Source of the DNA: Hemiscyllium ocellatum
Lineage: Eukaryota
Assembly (NCBI RefSeq): GCF_020745735.1
Contig: NC_083435.1
Span: forward strand, 37,039,090-37,103,089
Length of the DNA: 64,000 nt
Direction of reading: 5' to 3'
The translations under genes and the position numbers were made by a program. Below, piece after piece: positions 1-11,576 of this stretch (within the stretch, counting starts at the first letter, position 1; each line of letters begins with the position of its first letter). The notes below the pieces were generated by a model that saw only the letters and a program-made list of their open reading frames with translations, was not told the origin of the DNA and ran no database searches.

Positions 1-780
1 ATAGCGTAGTATAGCTGGGCAGCGCAAGGAGTATTGAATGTTTAAATCCCTTAAACACTTTTTTGCTTCATCAAACGCCTTCCTCTTTCGGACCAAAGCT
101 GGGAAAAATCCTGAAATGACATAATCGTGGATCCTTTATGAGTCATGGCTTGTGGATCATTCCCAAGATTTCTGGAGGCTTCCAAGAGAATCTGCCTCAC
201 CTAATAGCTCTGCAGCTGGAACAGGACCGGGCTGGGGCACTGGTTCAGGCCGGGCCCGTGTATTGTAACCTGGTAGGCCTATTCTACCCTAACCTGGCCT
301 GATCCAGCCTCCAGATTCAATAACTGCGGAAGCCACTATTCAAGCAACCTTATAAGCTGGCCTTATGCCTGTTCGGGAAGGCCCAGCAAACGAATATTTT
401 TTCGACGACCTCGATTCTCGAGGTCATCAACGTGATTATCTAAGGTCCGGACTCACTGCTCAAGAGTCCGGACACGATCCACAGCCGACTCTGCAATGGC
501 CTCGGAGGTCGCGGCCTTTAGCTCCGCCCCTCCGACTCGGAGCTCGATTTCTTCGATGTCACGGCCGTGCTTTTATAGCGCAGCCGAGAATGAATTCCAC
601 CGACTTCGGGACTCTTCTATGAAAGCATCCATCTTCGCATCGAGTTTGGAGATTATTTTCGCGAGGCTTGCCACCGTAGTTAAGTCCCCCGGGCAGCTGC
701 GGACGCCTCTACTGCAGCTGGGGAGGGGCTCCTTTCCCCCTAGTCATTTTTACAGGAGACTGAAGTGTATAAATTTAGTA
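1..780 (-). mobile_element. Degenerate L1-clade LINE ORF1 (Transposase_22-like) fragment
   Basis: Minus-strand translation across stops gives a coiled-coil segment, then DLENRGRRKNIRLLGLPE, and near the window start QDF...KAFDEAKKCLRDLNIQYSLRCPAILR. These are L1 ORF1p motifs. Confidence 0.65.
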
Positions 781-794
781 CTAAACCACTAATT

Positions 795-3700
795 ACTTGT
801 TTTTATTTCAAAAATATACTTTATTCATAAAATAATTTGATGGTCTGTACAGTTGGTCATGCCATACATACGTAAGCATTTACATACAGAGATCAGAATT
901 TATCATTTTTATACACAGGTCTGTACATTTATCAATCATATGCCCATATATTTAGCTGAGGCGTCAGCAGAGCCCAAATGACTGCATGGGCCCCCTGTTC
1001 TTCTGAGGCAGGCAGATGTTACACAGTGGTCTTTCCCCACCGCGCCTTGGCGGAAGCTGCCCCAGGCTTCAACGCGTCCCTCAACACGTAGTCCTGGACC
1101 TTGGAATGTGCCAGTCTGCAACACTCAGTCGGGGTCAACTCCTTCAGCTGAAAGACCAACAAGTTTGGACCACCCAGAGAGCGTCCTTCACCGAGTTGAT
1201 GATCCTCCAGGCGCAGTTGATGTTCGTCTCGGTGTGCATCCCGGGGAACAGGCCGTAGAGCACGGAGTCCCGTGTCACGGCGCTGCTCGGGACGAACCTC
1301 GACAAACACCACTGCATTCCTCTCCAGACTTCCTCTGCATAGGCACATTCCAGAAGGAGGTGTGTGACAGTCTCGTCTCCCCCACAGTCGCTTCGAGGGC
1401 AGCGTGCGGTGCGGCTGAGAGTCCGGACGTGCATAAATGATCTCACAGGCAGAGCCCTTCTCATCACCAGCCAAGCCATGTCTTGGTGCTTGTTGGAAAG
1501 TTCTGGTGATGAGGCATTCTGCCAAATGGCTTTGACAGTCTGCTCAGGGAACCACTCGATAGGATCCGTCCTCTCCTTTTCCCGAAAGATCTCAAGGACA
1601 CTACGTGCTGACCACTTCCTGATGGACTTGTGGTCAAAAGGTGTTTTTCTTCATAAACTTCTCCAGAAAGGACAGGTGGTATGAAACGGTCCAACTACTC
1701 GGAGCGTCCCGTGGCAGCGAGGCCAGGCCCATCCTTCACAACACCGGGGACAGGTAGAACCTCAGTACGTAGTGACACTTGGTGTTTGCGTACCGGGGAT
1801 CCATGCACAGCTTGATGCAGCCACACACAAAGGTGGCCATCAGGGTGAGGGTGGCATTGGGTGTATTTTTTCCCCTTTGCCCAGATCTTTGTACAGCGAG
1901 TCCCTTCGGACCCGGTCCATCTTTGAACTCCATATGAACTGGAAGATGGCCCGGGTGACTGCAGCGGCACAGGTTCTGGGAATAGGCAATGACGTGTAAC
2001 AGCAATGACAGTGCCTCACACCTGATGACCAGGTTTTTTCCCGCGATGGAGAGCGACCGTAGCTTCCATCTGCCCAGTTTCTGCCTCACTTTACTGATAC
2101 GCTCCTCCCAAGACTTGGCGCACGCCCCAGCACCCCCGAACCAAATACCCAGCACCTTCAGGTGGTCGGTCCTGACGGTGAAGGGGATCAAGGATTCGTC
2201 AGCCCAGTTCCCGAAGAGCATGGCCTCGCTCTTGCCTCGGTTTACCTTGGCCCCAGAGGCCCGTTCGAACTGGTCACATATGCACATGAGTCTGTGCACG
2301 GACAGCGGATCCGAGCAAAAACGGCGACGTCATCCATGTACAGGGAGGCCTTAACCTGCAGGCCCCTGCTGCCAGGAATAGTCACCCCTCTCAGGCTCAC
2401 ATCCTTCCTGATGGACTTGGCAAATGGCTCTATGCAGCACACAAACAAGGCAGGAGAGAGAGGGAAGCCCTGCCTGACTCCAGATCTGACTGGGAAGCTA
2501 TCTGATTCCCACCCATTGATTGAGACTGCACTGACAATGTTGGTGTAGAGCAGTCTGATCCAATTGCAGATTCCCTCCCCAAAGCCCATTTTGGAGAGAA
2601 CATCTCTCATATACCTGTGTGATATCCTGTCAAAGGCTTTCTCCTGGTCCAGGCTGATCAGGCAGGCGTCCAACCCTCTGTCCTGCACGTAGGCGATCGT
2701 ATCCCTGAGGAGTGCGAGACTCTCAGCGATCTTCCTGCCTGGCACAGCACAGGTTTGGTCAGGGTGAATCACCGACCCCAGAGCAGACCTGACCTGGTTG
2801 GCGATGACCTTTGACAGGATTTTGTCATCTGCATTCAACAGTGAGATTGGTCTCCAATTTTTGAGTTCCTCCCTCTCCCCCTTCCGCTTGTAGATGAGGG
2901 TGATGATGCCTTTCCTCATGGATTCGCTCATGGTACCCACCTGAAGCATACTGACATACACCTCCAGCAGGTCCTGGCCAATCAAGTCCCACAGAGCGGA
3001 ATACAGCTCGACCGGTAAGCCGTCGGTTCCGGGAGTTTTATTCTTTTCGAAGGACTCGAGGGCCTTGGTCAGCTCGTCCAGAGATAGCGGATGGTCCAGC
3101 CTCTCGTGTGTTCTGTCGTCTAAGACCTCCATCATAGAGGACAGGAACGAATGGAAGACAGCGCTGTCGGTCGGCTTCGCTTCATACAGACTGGCATAGA
3201 AGGATTTACTGATCCTCATGACATCAGCCTGAGATGACATTATCGAGCCGTCTTCTTCCTTCAGGCTGCTGAGCACAGAGCTCTCTTTGTGCACCTTCTG
3301 GAAGAAGAAACGTGAGCACGTCTCGTCCTGCTCCACCGAGCGGACCCTGGACCGGAAGATTATCTTGGAAGCCTCCGAGGAAAAGAGTGAGGCTTTCTGG
3401 CCCTTCACCTCCTTGAGGTCCTCCGTGACATTGACCCCCATCGTCTGCAGCAGGAGCAGGTTCTGCATACTTTCCTGGAGCTGGGACAGTTTTCCCCGCC
3501 TCTCTCTCGCCTCCTGAACATCTTTGAGGATGAAGAACCTCTTGATGTTCCCTTTAACTGTTTTCCACCAGAGGGGCTTCACGGTTCTCCAACTTGCGTA
3601 GTCCCTCTTGAGCTCCTCGATGTTTTCCGGGGACAACAGCTTAGTTTTCAGCTTCCACGTTCCCTTACCCGCCCACTGCTCGTCCTGTAGGTGACAGTCG

Positions 3701-5050
3701 GCCAGTAGGAGGCAGTGGTCAGAGAAGAACACCGGCTTGACGTTGGTGGATCTGACCGAGAGCGTTCGGGACACAAACAGGTAATCAATCCTTGAGCGGA
3801 TAGACCCGTCTGCCCGTGACCTGGTGTATCTACGCTGCGCTCCGTCTGCAGGGGTGCTGAAGACGTCGTGCAGCTTGGCATCTTTTACCGTGTCCATCAG
3901 GGCTCTGGACATGGCGTCCAGTTTACTGTCCCCCCCGCCGGATCGTCCATCTGCATCAATGATACAGTTGAAGTCTCCGGCCAGAATGACCGGCCTGGAC
4001 GTAGCCAGCAACAGTGGAAGCTGCTGCAGGACGGCCAACCGTTCACTCTTACCCACTGGGGCGTACACATTGATCAGTCTCAGGGGAGCATTCTTGTACA
4101 TAACGTCGGCGATGAGGAGGCGCCCGCTCACCACCTCCTTAACCTCGGAGATGGTGAAGTTGCCTCCTCGCAACAGGATACTCAGGCCGGAGGCGCGGCT
4201 ATCGTTGCCCCCTGACCAAACTGACGGCCCATGGGGCCACAGGCTTGACCATCTCCTGTAGCTGCTGAGGTGCGGTATCCCACACTCCTGCAGAAACAAG
4301 ACGTCGGCTTTAACCCTGGCCAGGAAGGCCATCGTAGAAACACATCGCGTAGCCGATTTAATGCTACGCACATTGATGCTGGCAATTTTAAACCCCATTT
4401 TAACAATTTACAAGGTTAACAGTGTCCATTTGCTGCTGGTCTTGCCCCTCTGGGGTAGCTGTGTGCATCCCCGTGGTGACGACAAACTGCTGGACCCTCC
4501 CAGGGCTGAGGTAGCTGTCCGGCTCCACGCTGGAGCCATGTCCCCGCTCTGGTGTCTTTGTGTCGGGCCCAGGGTCCGCACCATCCAGTTCTCCATCTGA
4601 CAGCGGGGCTGTCACAGGACCGCTGCTCCCAGTTACCTGGAGCTGTGGGCCGGTGGGTACCTCTTGGTTCTCACCGGGTCGGGGAAGGCCTTTACCCATC
4701 CCCACAGAGGGATCGTCTTTCCCTTCCTGGGCGGTGCTGCCCTCCTTTCTCCCCACGGCGCTCTGTCTCTTTCTCTGGTGGCGATCCTTCTTGCGCCCGT
4801 CCTCACCATCGGAAGAGCTGCCTGTGTCCTCATCATGTAGGTGTCGCTTCCACCTTCTCTGGGTGGCTTTGGGTCCCTTGGGAGGTTTCCTCTTCCTGCT
4901 TTTGACAGTAATCCAATACTTCAAACCCGCAGCATTCCAGCAAAACATTAAATAAAAACTATTTTGAATTGATTTGGTGAGTGTGGTGGAGGAGGGTGGC
5001 CCACTTGCCTCGGTCCTGGGAGAAGCACTATAGGCTCAGACTTGCTGAGT
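795..5050 (-). mobile_element. Tx1-clade non-LTR retrotransposon, copy 1 (ORF1 C-terminal part, near-complete ORF2, 3'UTR with AATAAA and A-rich tail)
   Basis: ORF 2242-4398 has an APE endonuclease (SINVR, FLQE, LAGDFN, SRIDY, FSDH) and RT (KTPGTDG, WRPISLLNADDKI, DQEKAFD, GVRQG, YMDD). It continues in other frames (1736-2299, 1464-1694, 1144-1479) to a C-terminal CPRSDC...HLLLEC zinc knuckle. A T-rich tail lies at about 800-830 on the + strand. Confidence 0.92.
2242..4398 (-). CDS. Tx1 ORF2 endonuclease-reverse transcriptase, frameshifted just after the YMDD motif
   Basis: 718-aa ORF with EEP and RT motifs; the RT continues in a different frame from about 2299. Confidence 0.9.
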   Translation of the reverse strand: MGFKIASINVRSIKSATRCVSTMAFLARVKADVLFLQECGIPHLSSYRRWSSLWPHGPSVWSGGNDSRASGLSILLRGGNFTISEVKEVVSGRLLIADVMYKNAPLRLINVYAPVGKSERLAVLQQLPLLLATSRPVILAGDFNCIIDADGRSGGGDSKLDAMSRALMDTVKDAKLHDVFSTPADGAQRRYTRSRADGSIRSRIDYLFVSRTLSVRSTNVKPVFFSDHCLLLADCHLQDEQWAGKGTWKLKTKLLSPENIEELKRDYASWRTVKPLWWKTVKGNIKRFFILKDVQEARERRGKLSQLQESMQNLLLLQTMGVNVTEDLKEVKGQKASLFSSEASKIIFRSRVRSVEQDETCSRFFFQKVHKESSVLSSLKEEDGSIMSSQADVMRISKSFYASLYEAKPTDSAVFHSFLSSMMEVLDDRTHERLDHPLSLDELTKALESFEKNKTPGTDGLPVELYSALWDLIGQDLLEVYVSMLQVGTMSESMRKGIITLIYKRKGEREELKNWRPISLLNADDKILSKVIANQVRSALGSVIHPDQTCAVPGRKIAESLALLRDTIAYVQDRGLDACLISLDQEKAFDRISHRYMRDVLSKMGFGEGICNWIRLLYTNIVSAVSINGWESDSFPVRSGVRQGFPLSPALFVCCIEPFAKSIRKDVSLRGVTIPGSRGLQVKASLYMDDVAVFARIRCPCTDSCAYVTSSNGPLGPR

Positions 5051-5441
5051 CCCCTCCATCAGGGATCCCTGAGCCTGGGCTGGGTTAGACATGGAGTCTC
5101 CTTCTCCTCCCCGCAGTATTTACAAGACTTTAGACCAGGAATGATGAAGCTGTTTGGCTTCTCCCAATCGATGTGAAAATTAAAATTCTCCATTGGAACC
5201 ATTTCCCATTTGCTCGGAGTTTCTCTGATCTCGGGGTTTCTACATCCTGCTGTCAGGAGACCTGGACACAAATCCCATCAGAGTCTCCCAGACTGTGCTG
5301 CCTTCAATGTGTAAAAGATCAGGCTGGCTGTATAACAGGGGGCTGATCAAACATCCCCCATTTCAAACTCTCCCCAAGAGACTCACATTCACCCCAGACA
5401 CAGAGAGAGAGAGAGAATGGAAAGCTGAATTCTGTACTTAC

Positions 5442-5493
5442 CGGGAGAGACCCGGGAAAAGCACAGGGAGAGGGAGAGAAGGATCAGCAACAT
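5442..5493 (-). CDS. MHC class I-like gene C, leader (signal peptide) exon MLLILLSLSLCFSRVSP
   Basis: ATG, 17 codons and a phase-1 donor G|GTAAGT. Nearly identical to the leader of gene B at 31953-32004. No downstream exons were recognised in 1-5441; they presumably lie beyond the window start. Confidence 0.8.
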
Positions 5494-5650
5494 TCTGGGA
5501 ATCCACTCTCCCTATTCCCATCAAAAACGGATTGGGGTAAAAGCTGCTGATAATGGACTGGATTTGACAAAGAAAAACGTCTGTAGTGAGTCCATTCTCC
5601 AAGTTGGACGGAAATTTGATCACTTCCTCCAACTCAAACAGAGAGGGGAA

Positions 5651-5719
5651 TGATTGGTTCGTATCAGAAAAAAACACCCAATTAAATGTGAAACCGTGAG
5701 AGTGTCACCAGTTACCGGG
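5651..5719 (-). promoter_or_regulatory. X1X2 - Y - CCAAT module of the gene C promoter
   Basis: X-like CCCGGTAACTGGTGAC at 5704-5719, ATTGG (Y) 21 bp downstream at 5678-5682, and a CCAAT at 5653-5657. The spacing matches the other two promoters. Confidence 0.6.
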
Positions 5720-6169
5720 AGACTGAAAGGCAGACACACAGGGGTTTGACACCAAGAGCTGCAGGTTTGAGACGCTGCCCACATCAGGAACGGGGATCGC
5801 TCCAGGAGGTGAAAGCACAGACCGTGTGCTGCAGCTGAAATGGGAGGGAAATCCTCATTCTCCATCCGACAGCCCCGCTCCCACTCTTCATTAGAAAGGA
5901 CAGTGATCCCTATCCAATTATAAAAGCTGGCCATGTGAGACCCTGAACTCTCATCTCTATCCGGGTGGATGCATCCCTCTTTGCGTCCGTTTAAACTTGT
6001 ACATTTCTCCCTGTATCCAGCGTTATGTATTAAGGTCAGTCTGTCTGGGTATGGAAGATACTGTTTATCCTGGCTGATGTAAGGCAGTACCAGGTGTCCC
6101 TGAGCTCCAGAGTGAGGTCCTGAAGGGCCCATGGTCTGAGAGTTACTTCTAGTGCAGGCCTAGAGTCAG

Positions 6170-7871
6170 TGCAGTCTCAATCAATGGGCGGGAATCAGAT
6201 AGCTTCCCAGTCAGATCTGGAGTCAGGCAGGCCTGCCCTCTCTCTCCTGCCTTGCCATTTGCCGAGTCCATCAGGAAGGATGTGAGCCTGAGAGGGGTGA
6301 CTATTCCTGGCAGCGGGGGCCTGCAGGTTAAGCCCTCCCTACACATGGATGACGTCGCCGTTTTCTGCTCGGACCCGCTGTCCATGCGCAGACTCATGTG
6401 CATTTGTGACCAGTTCGAACGGGCCTCAGGGGCCAAGGTAAACCGAGGCAAGAGCGAGGCCATGCTCTTCGGGAACGGGGCCGACCAATCCTCGATCCCC
6501 TTCACCATCAGGCCCGAACACCTGAAGGTCCTGGGTATTTGGTTAGGGGGGGCTGGGGTGTGCGCCAAGTCATGGGAGGAGTGTATTAGCAAAGTGAGGC
6601 AGAAACTGGGCAGATGGAAGCTACAGTCGCTCTCCATCGCGGGAAAAATCCTGGTCATCAGGTGTGAGGCACTATCATTGCTGTTGTACGTGGCACAGGT
6701 CCGGCCTATTCCCAGAACCTGTGCCGCTGCAGTCACCCGGGCCATCTTCCAGTTTATATGGAGGTCAAAGCTGGACCGGGTCCGAAGGGACTCGCTGTAC
6801 AAAGATCTGGGCAATGGGGGAAAAAACACACCCAATGCCACCCTCACCCTGATGGCCACCTTTGTGTGTGGCTGCATCAAGATGTGCATAGATCCCCGGT
6901 ACGCAAACACCAAGTGTCACTACGTACTGAGGTTCTACCTGTCCCCGGTGTTGTGAAGGATGGGCCTGGCCTCGCTGCAGCGGAACACTCCGAGTAGTTG
7001 GACCGTTCCGTATCACCTGTCCTTCATGGAGAAGTTTATGAAGAAAAACACCTTTGACCACAAGTCCATCAGGAAGTGGTCAGCGCGTAGTGTCCTCGAG
7101 ACCCTTCGGGAAAAGGAGAGTGCGGATCCTATCGAGCGGTTCCCTGAGCAGACTGTCAAAGCCATTTGGCAGAATGCCTCATTGCCAGAACTTTCCAACA
7201 AGCACCAAGACATGGCTTGGCTGGTGGTGAGAAGGGCTCTGCCTGTGAGATCCTTTATGCACGCCCGGACTCTCAGCCGCACCGCACGCTGCCCTCAAAG
7301 CGGCTGCGGGGGGGAAGAGACTGTCACACACCTCCTTCTGGAATGTGCCTATGCAGAAGAAGTCTGGAGAGGAATGCAGTGGTGTTTGTCGAGGTTCGTC
7401 CCGAGCAGCGCCGTGACGCGGGACTCCGTGCTCTATGGCCTGTTCTTCGGGACGCACACTGAGACGAACATCAACTGTGCCTGGAGGATCATCAACTCGG
7501 TGAAGGACGCTCTCTGGGTGGTCCGAAACCTGTTGATCTTCCAGCTGAAGGAGTTGATCCCGACTGAGTGTTGCAGACTGGCACATTCCAAGGTCCCGGA
7601 CTATATGTTGAGGGACGCGCTGAAGCTTGGGGCAGCTACTGCCAAGGCGTGGTGGGGAAAGACCACCGTGTAACATCTGCCTGTCTAAAGAAGATCAGGG
7701 GGCCCACGCCTAAATATGTGGATAGTAGTCGTACCGACCTGTATGTACGAATGATTACTGTCTCTGTATGCCAAAAATGGAAAGTTTACGTATATATGGC
7801 ATAACCAATTGTACAGATTATCAAAATATTTTATGAATAAAGTATAGTTTTGAAATAAAAAAATTTTAAAA
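6170..7871 (+). mobile_element. 5'-truncated Tx1 copy 2 with 14-bp target-site duplication
   Basis: Same family as copy 1 (RT C-terminus to KTTV stop, A-rich tail). AGGCCTAGAGTCAG is directly repeated at 6156-6169 and 7872-7885. An in-frame TGA lies at 6954-6956. Confidence 0.92.
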
Positions 7872-7885
7872 AGGCCTAGAGTCAG

Positions 7886-9300
7886 AGAGAGTTGTAGAAA
7901 CATATAGCATGGAAACAAACCCTTCAGCCCAACTCGCCCATGCCCATCACCAGATTTCCTAAACTAGATGAATCCCATTTGTCTGTGTTTGTCCTGTATT
8001 CCCCTCGACCTTTCCTGTCCATGTACCTGTCTGAATGTCTTTTGAATAATGTAATTGTACTCACCGCTATCACATCTCTGGCAGCTGGTTCCATATACCC
8101 ACCACTCCTTGTGTGAAAAACTGGCCCCTCAGCTCCCTTTAAATCTTTCCCCTCTTATCCCTCTATCCTCTAGTTTTGGACTCCCCTCCTCTGGGGAAAG
8201 GCCACCTCTCATGTTTCTATGTTCCAATGAGTACAGGCTAATCTACTCCAGCTCTCCCCATCAGACTGAACCTCCATATCTGGGAGCAGCCGAGTGAACC
8301 TTCTTCAGACTGCCCTCACTACCAGGATATCCTTCCTTAGATAAAGGGCCCAAACCTGGTCACCGTCTTCCCACTGGGTCTGACCAGTGCCATCTATAGT
8401 TTTTACAAAACCTCCTTACTTTTACACTCCATCCTTTTGAAGTCAAGGCCAACGTTCCATTTGCCTTCCGGCTGAACCTGAACACTGGCTTTTAGTGATT
8501 CAGGGCTGAAGACCCTGAAATCCCTCTTTCCTGTGGCTTTCTCCATTTGAATGATATTCAGTCCCTGTGTTTGTCCTGACAAAGTTCATAACCTACATTT
8601 TCCCACAGTACATTCCATCTGCCAAGTGTTGGCCCATTCAGTCAACCTCTTTATATCCCTCTGCAGACACTTCATGTCATCTTCATCACTTGCCATCCCA
8701 CATCTTTTTGTATCATCCTCAAACCAGACTGTATTACATTCACTTTTCTCTTCCATGTCATTAATATCTTTTGTAAATAGTTATGGCCCCAACACTGATC
8801 CCTGTGGCACTAGTTCCAGGCTGCTATTGTGAAAATGCTGCCTTTATTGGAACTCTCTCTCTCTTTAATTCCTTTGCTAATCCTCAATCAATACTAATAT
8901 ACTACCTCCACCATCATGGGCTCTTATCTTATTAAATAGCCTCATATATGGGCCATTATCAAAAATCCAGACAGTTCACCCACTGCTTCCACTGTATCTA
9001 TCTTGCTTGTTCCTTCCTCAAAGATTTCTATTTATTTTTCAGGCAGGATTTCCCCTTCACAATGCCATGCTGATTCTGCTTGGTCATGCTGTTTATTTCT
9101 AGATTCATTTTCCCAATAACAGGCATCAAACTGACCAGCCAAAAGTTATCATTTTTTGTTTCCTTTCTTTTTTAAGTAAAAGTGGCGGATTTCGAATCCT
9201 CTGGGATTTTTCCAGAATCGGATAATTTCCAGAAGATTCAATGCATCAACTATCTCTGTGGCTACTTCCTTGAATATGCTGGGATGCATCCCATCAGGCC
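7886..9300 (-). mobile_element. CR1-clade LINE 3' fragment (degenerate)
   Basis: Reverse complement of CR1 RT/3' motifs (GVPQGS-like NTDPCGT antisense) and the shark CR1 3' tail. Confidence 0.7.
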
Positions 9301-10434
9301 CAAGCTCCAGCTACAAGCTGGTCTACATTCTAGACCTCACTGGGGACAGAAACATCAGGCTGGAGACATTTTGAAAGCCTTGAAGCTATTTTTTGAGCAC
9401 TCCATTACTGATTACACAGAACGGAGCTGTGCTGGACATCAGATCCCTGAAGGAGACAAAGAATATGGATCAGTACGGTGATGGCATTGAGGTATCTGGC
9501 TGGAATCTCAGAGTCTGGATAATAGAAGCTAATCTTGTTGGAGATAAGAATGTCTTTTGAGAGGTCCCACCATGACAGCGCAGCTTCTGAGAGAGGAGAA
9601 ACTTGCTCGAGAAATCTATTGCCATGTGCAGAAGCTCTGAGGTTGTCAATCAAAGCTGGAGAGGATTAACGGACAAAGACAAGGTTTTGCATTATGCTGA
9701 GACTCTGTCCCGGTAAACAAGAACAGCATAATGGGAAAAACAAGAAGAAACATTTGCTGAAGGGCCAGCAGAAACATCAAGCCCCAGTGTACAGGATGTA
9801 AATGTTGTAGAGGACAACACAGCAAAGAAAAGGAAGGACATCAAGTGTTGGGGAATTTATGGTCAACCTGCAAGAATCGGATTCACTTTAAACACAAGTC
9901 TTCAGCTCAAAAGAGGAAAAGTAGGCCCAAACTGATTATTGCTGGAGACGTGTCAGATGGTGATTCTAAACGGGTCATTCTAAATCATATAACCTGTCAG
10001 CATCACTGGGTCTCAAGGTAACAAATGGTTTGTTATTGTTAGAATGATGACTGCAGAAGGAGGGCATCAGGTGAATGTGAACTGTCAGACAGGCGCCAGT
10101 GATTCATGCAACATCATAATCTTCACAGACACAGTGTGAAGTGGCTCTATTTGATGACCTGAAAATGAATCCATCAAAGGTAAATTTGAGACCACCTAAT
10201 GAAACCTCACTCTTCCCAAGAGGACAAATGAAGCTGAAAATCCAATGTGATTGTCACAATAAAGACCAGCAGATCCAGATCGTAGACATTGAGTAACAAT
10301 CCATTCATCCCAGCTGAAGCAAGTCTAAAGCTTAGATTGGCAACACATATCATCTCAAAGAGGATGAGAGTGTGACACCAGTGCAGCATTTGCTGAGGAG
10401 AGATCCAGCTGCCCTCCTGTCCAACCTGAAAGGA

Positions 10435-10752
10435 AAGATAGATTAGATTACTTACAATGTGGAAACAGGCCCTTCGGCCCAACAAGTCCACACCGACCCG
10501 CCACCCACCTTTTTGTCTACATTGCCCCATTTGCCCCTTACCTAACACTAAGGCCAATTTAGCATGGTCAATTCACCTTACCTGCACAACTTTGGACTAT
10601 GGAAGGAAACTGGAGCACCCGAAGGGTGCTCATGCAGACATGGGGAAAATGTGCAAACTCCACACAGTCAGTCGCCTGAGGCAGGAATTGAACCCGGGTC
10701 TCAGGCACTGTGAGGTAGCAGTGCTAACCACTGTGCCACCGTGCCACCCACC
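10435..10752 (-). mobile_element. HE1-like tRNA-derived shark SINE
   Basis: Reverse complement of GGCACGGTGGCACAGTGGTTAGCACTGCT...GGGTTCAATTCC (pol III A and B boxes), the V-SINE-type core and a CR1-like tail. Confidence 0.85.
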
Positions 10753-10918
10753 GATAGTCAAGCTGTGGAAAAAAAGGTAGTTATCAAGAAAGGGACAACT
10801 CCTACAGAATGCATTTGCAGCATCGCGGCCATGGGGAAAAAAAACACCTGGAAATCTGAGAGTCTGCATCGATCCAAAGGATTTCAATGATTGTTCCAGA
10901 ACAGCATCAAAGCAGACA

Positions 10919-11576
10919 TCTGGTTGAAGATTTGTAGCTCGGGTATCCGTTGTTGTGGTTCTGCTCGCCGAGCTGGAAGTTTTTGCTGCAAACGTTTCGT
11001 TCCCTGGCTAGGGAACATCATCAGTTTAAAATCTGATTGAAGATTTGTAGCTCGGGTATCCGTTGTTGTGGTTCTGCTCGCCGAGCTGGAAGTTTTTGCT
11101 GCAAACGTTTCGTTCCCTGGCTAGGGAACATCATCAGTTTAAAATCTGATTGAAGATTTGTAGCTCGGGTATCCGTTGTTGTGGTTCTGTTCGCCGAACT
11201 GGAAGTTTTTGCTGCAAACGTTTCGTTCCCTGGCTAGGGAACATCATCAGAGAATTCCTAGAAGCATGGCATTCATCCCCAAACTCCATCAACAGACACA
11301 TTGACCTGGACACCATATACAAACCACTACAGCTGAAACTGACACCCGGAAATGGCAAGAACATCCATCAACAGACACATCGACCTGGACCCCACATACA
11401 AATCACTGCAGCTGAAACTGACACCCGGAAGCGGCAAGAACAAACCAATATAAATACCGGAAGAAACATCAAAGCAGCGCTTCACACGAGGCTCCAACAG
11501 CACTGATAATGTTCCCTAGCCAGGGAACGAAATGTTTGCAGCAAAAACTTCCAGCTCGGCGAGCAGAACCACAACA
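10919..11576 (+). mobile_element. Penelope-like element 3' end with three tandem 113-bp terminal repeats, an inverted partial copy and a 13-bp TSD
   Basis: Units start at 10924, 11037 and 11150. A REFLEAWHS GIY-YIG tail follows, then an inverted terminal repeat at about 11505-11576. ATCAAAGCAGACA occurs at 10906-10918 and 11577-11589. Confidence 0.8.

Noticed and set aside
1016-4955. Many overlapping 60-145-aa ORFs on both strands
   Set aside because: These are shadow frames of the GC-rich Tx1 element.
5620-6132. 170-aa minus-strand ORF upstream of the gene C leader
   Set aside because: No recognisable domain; it overlaps promoter motifs and has no counterpart in the other promoters.
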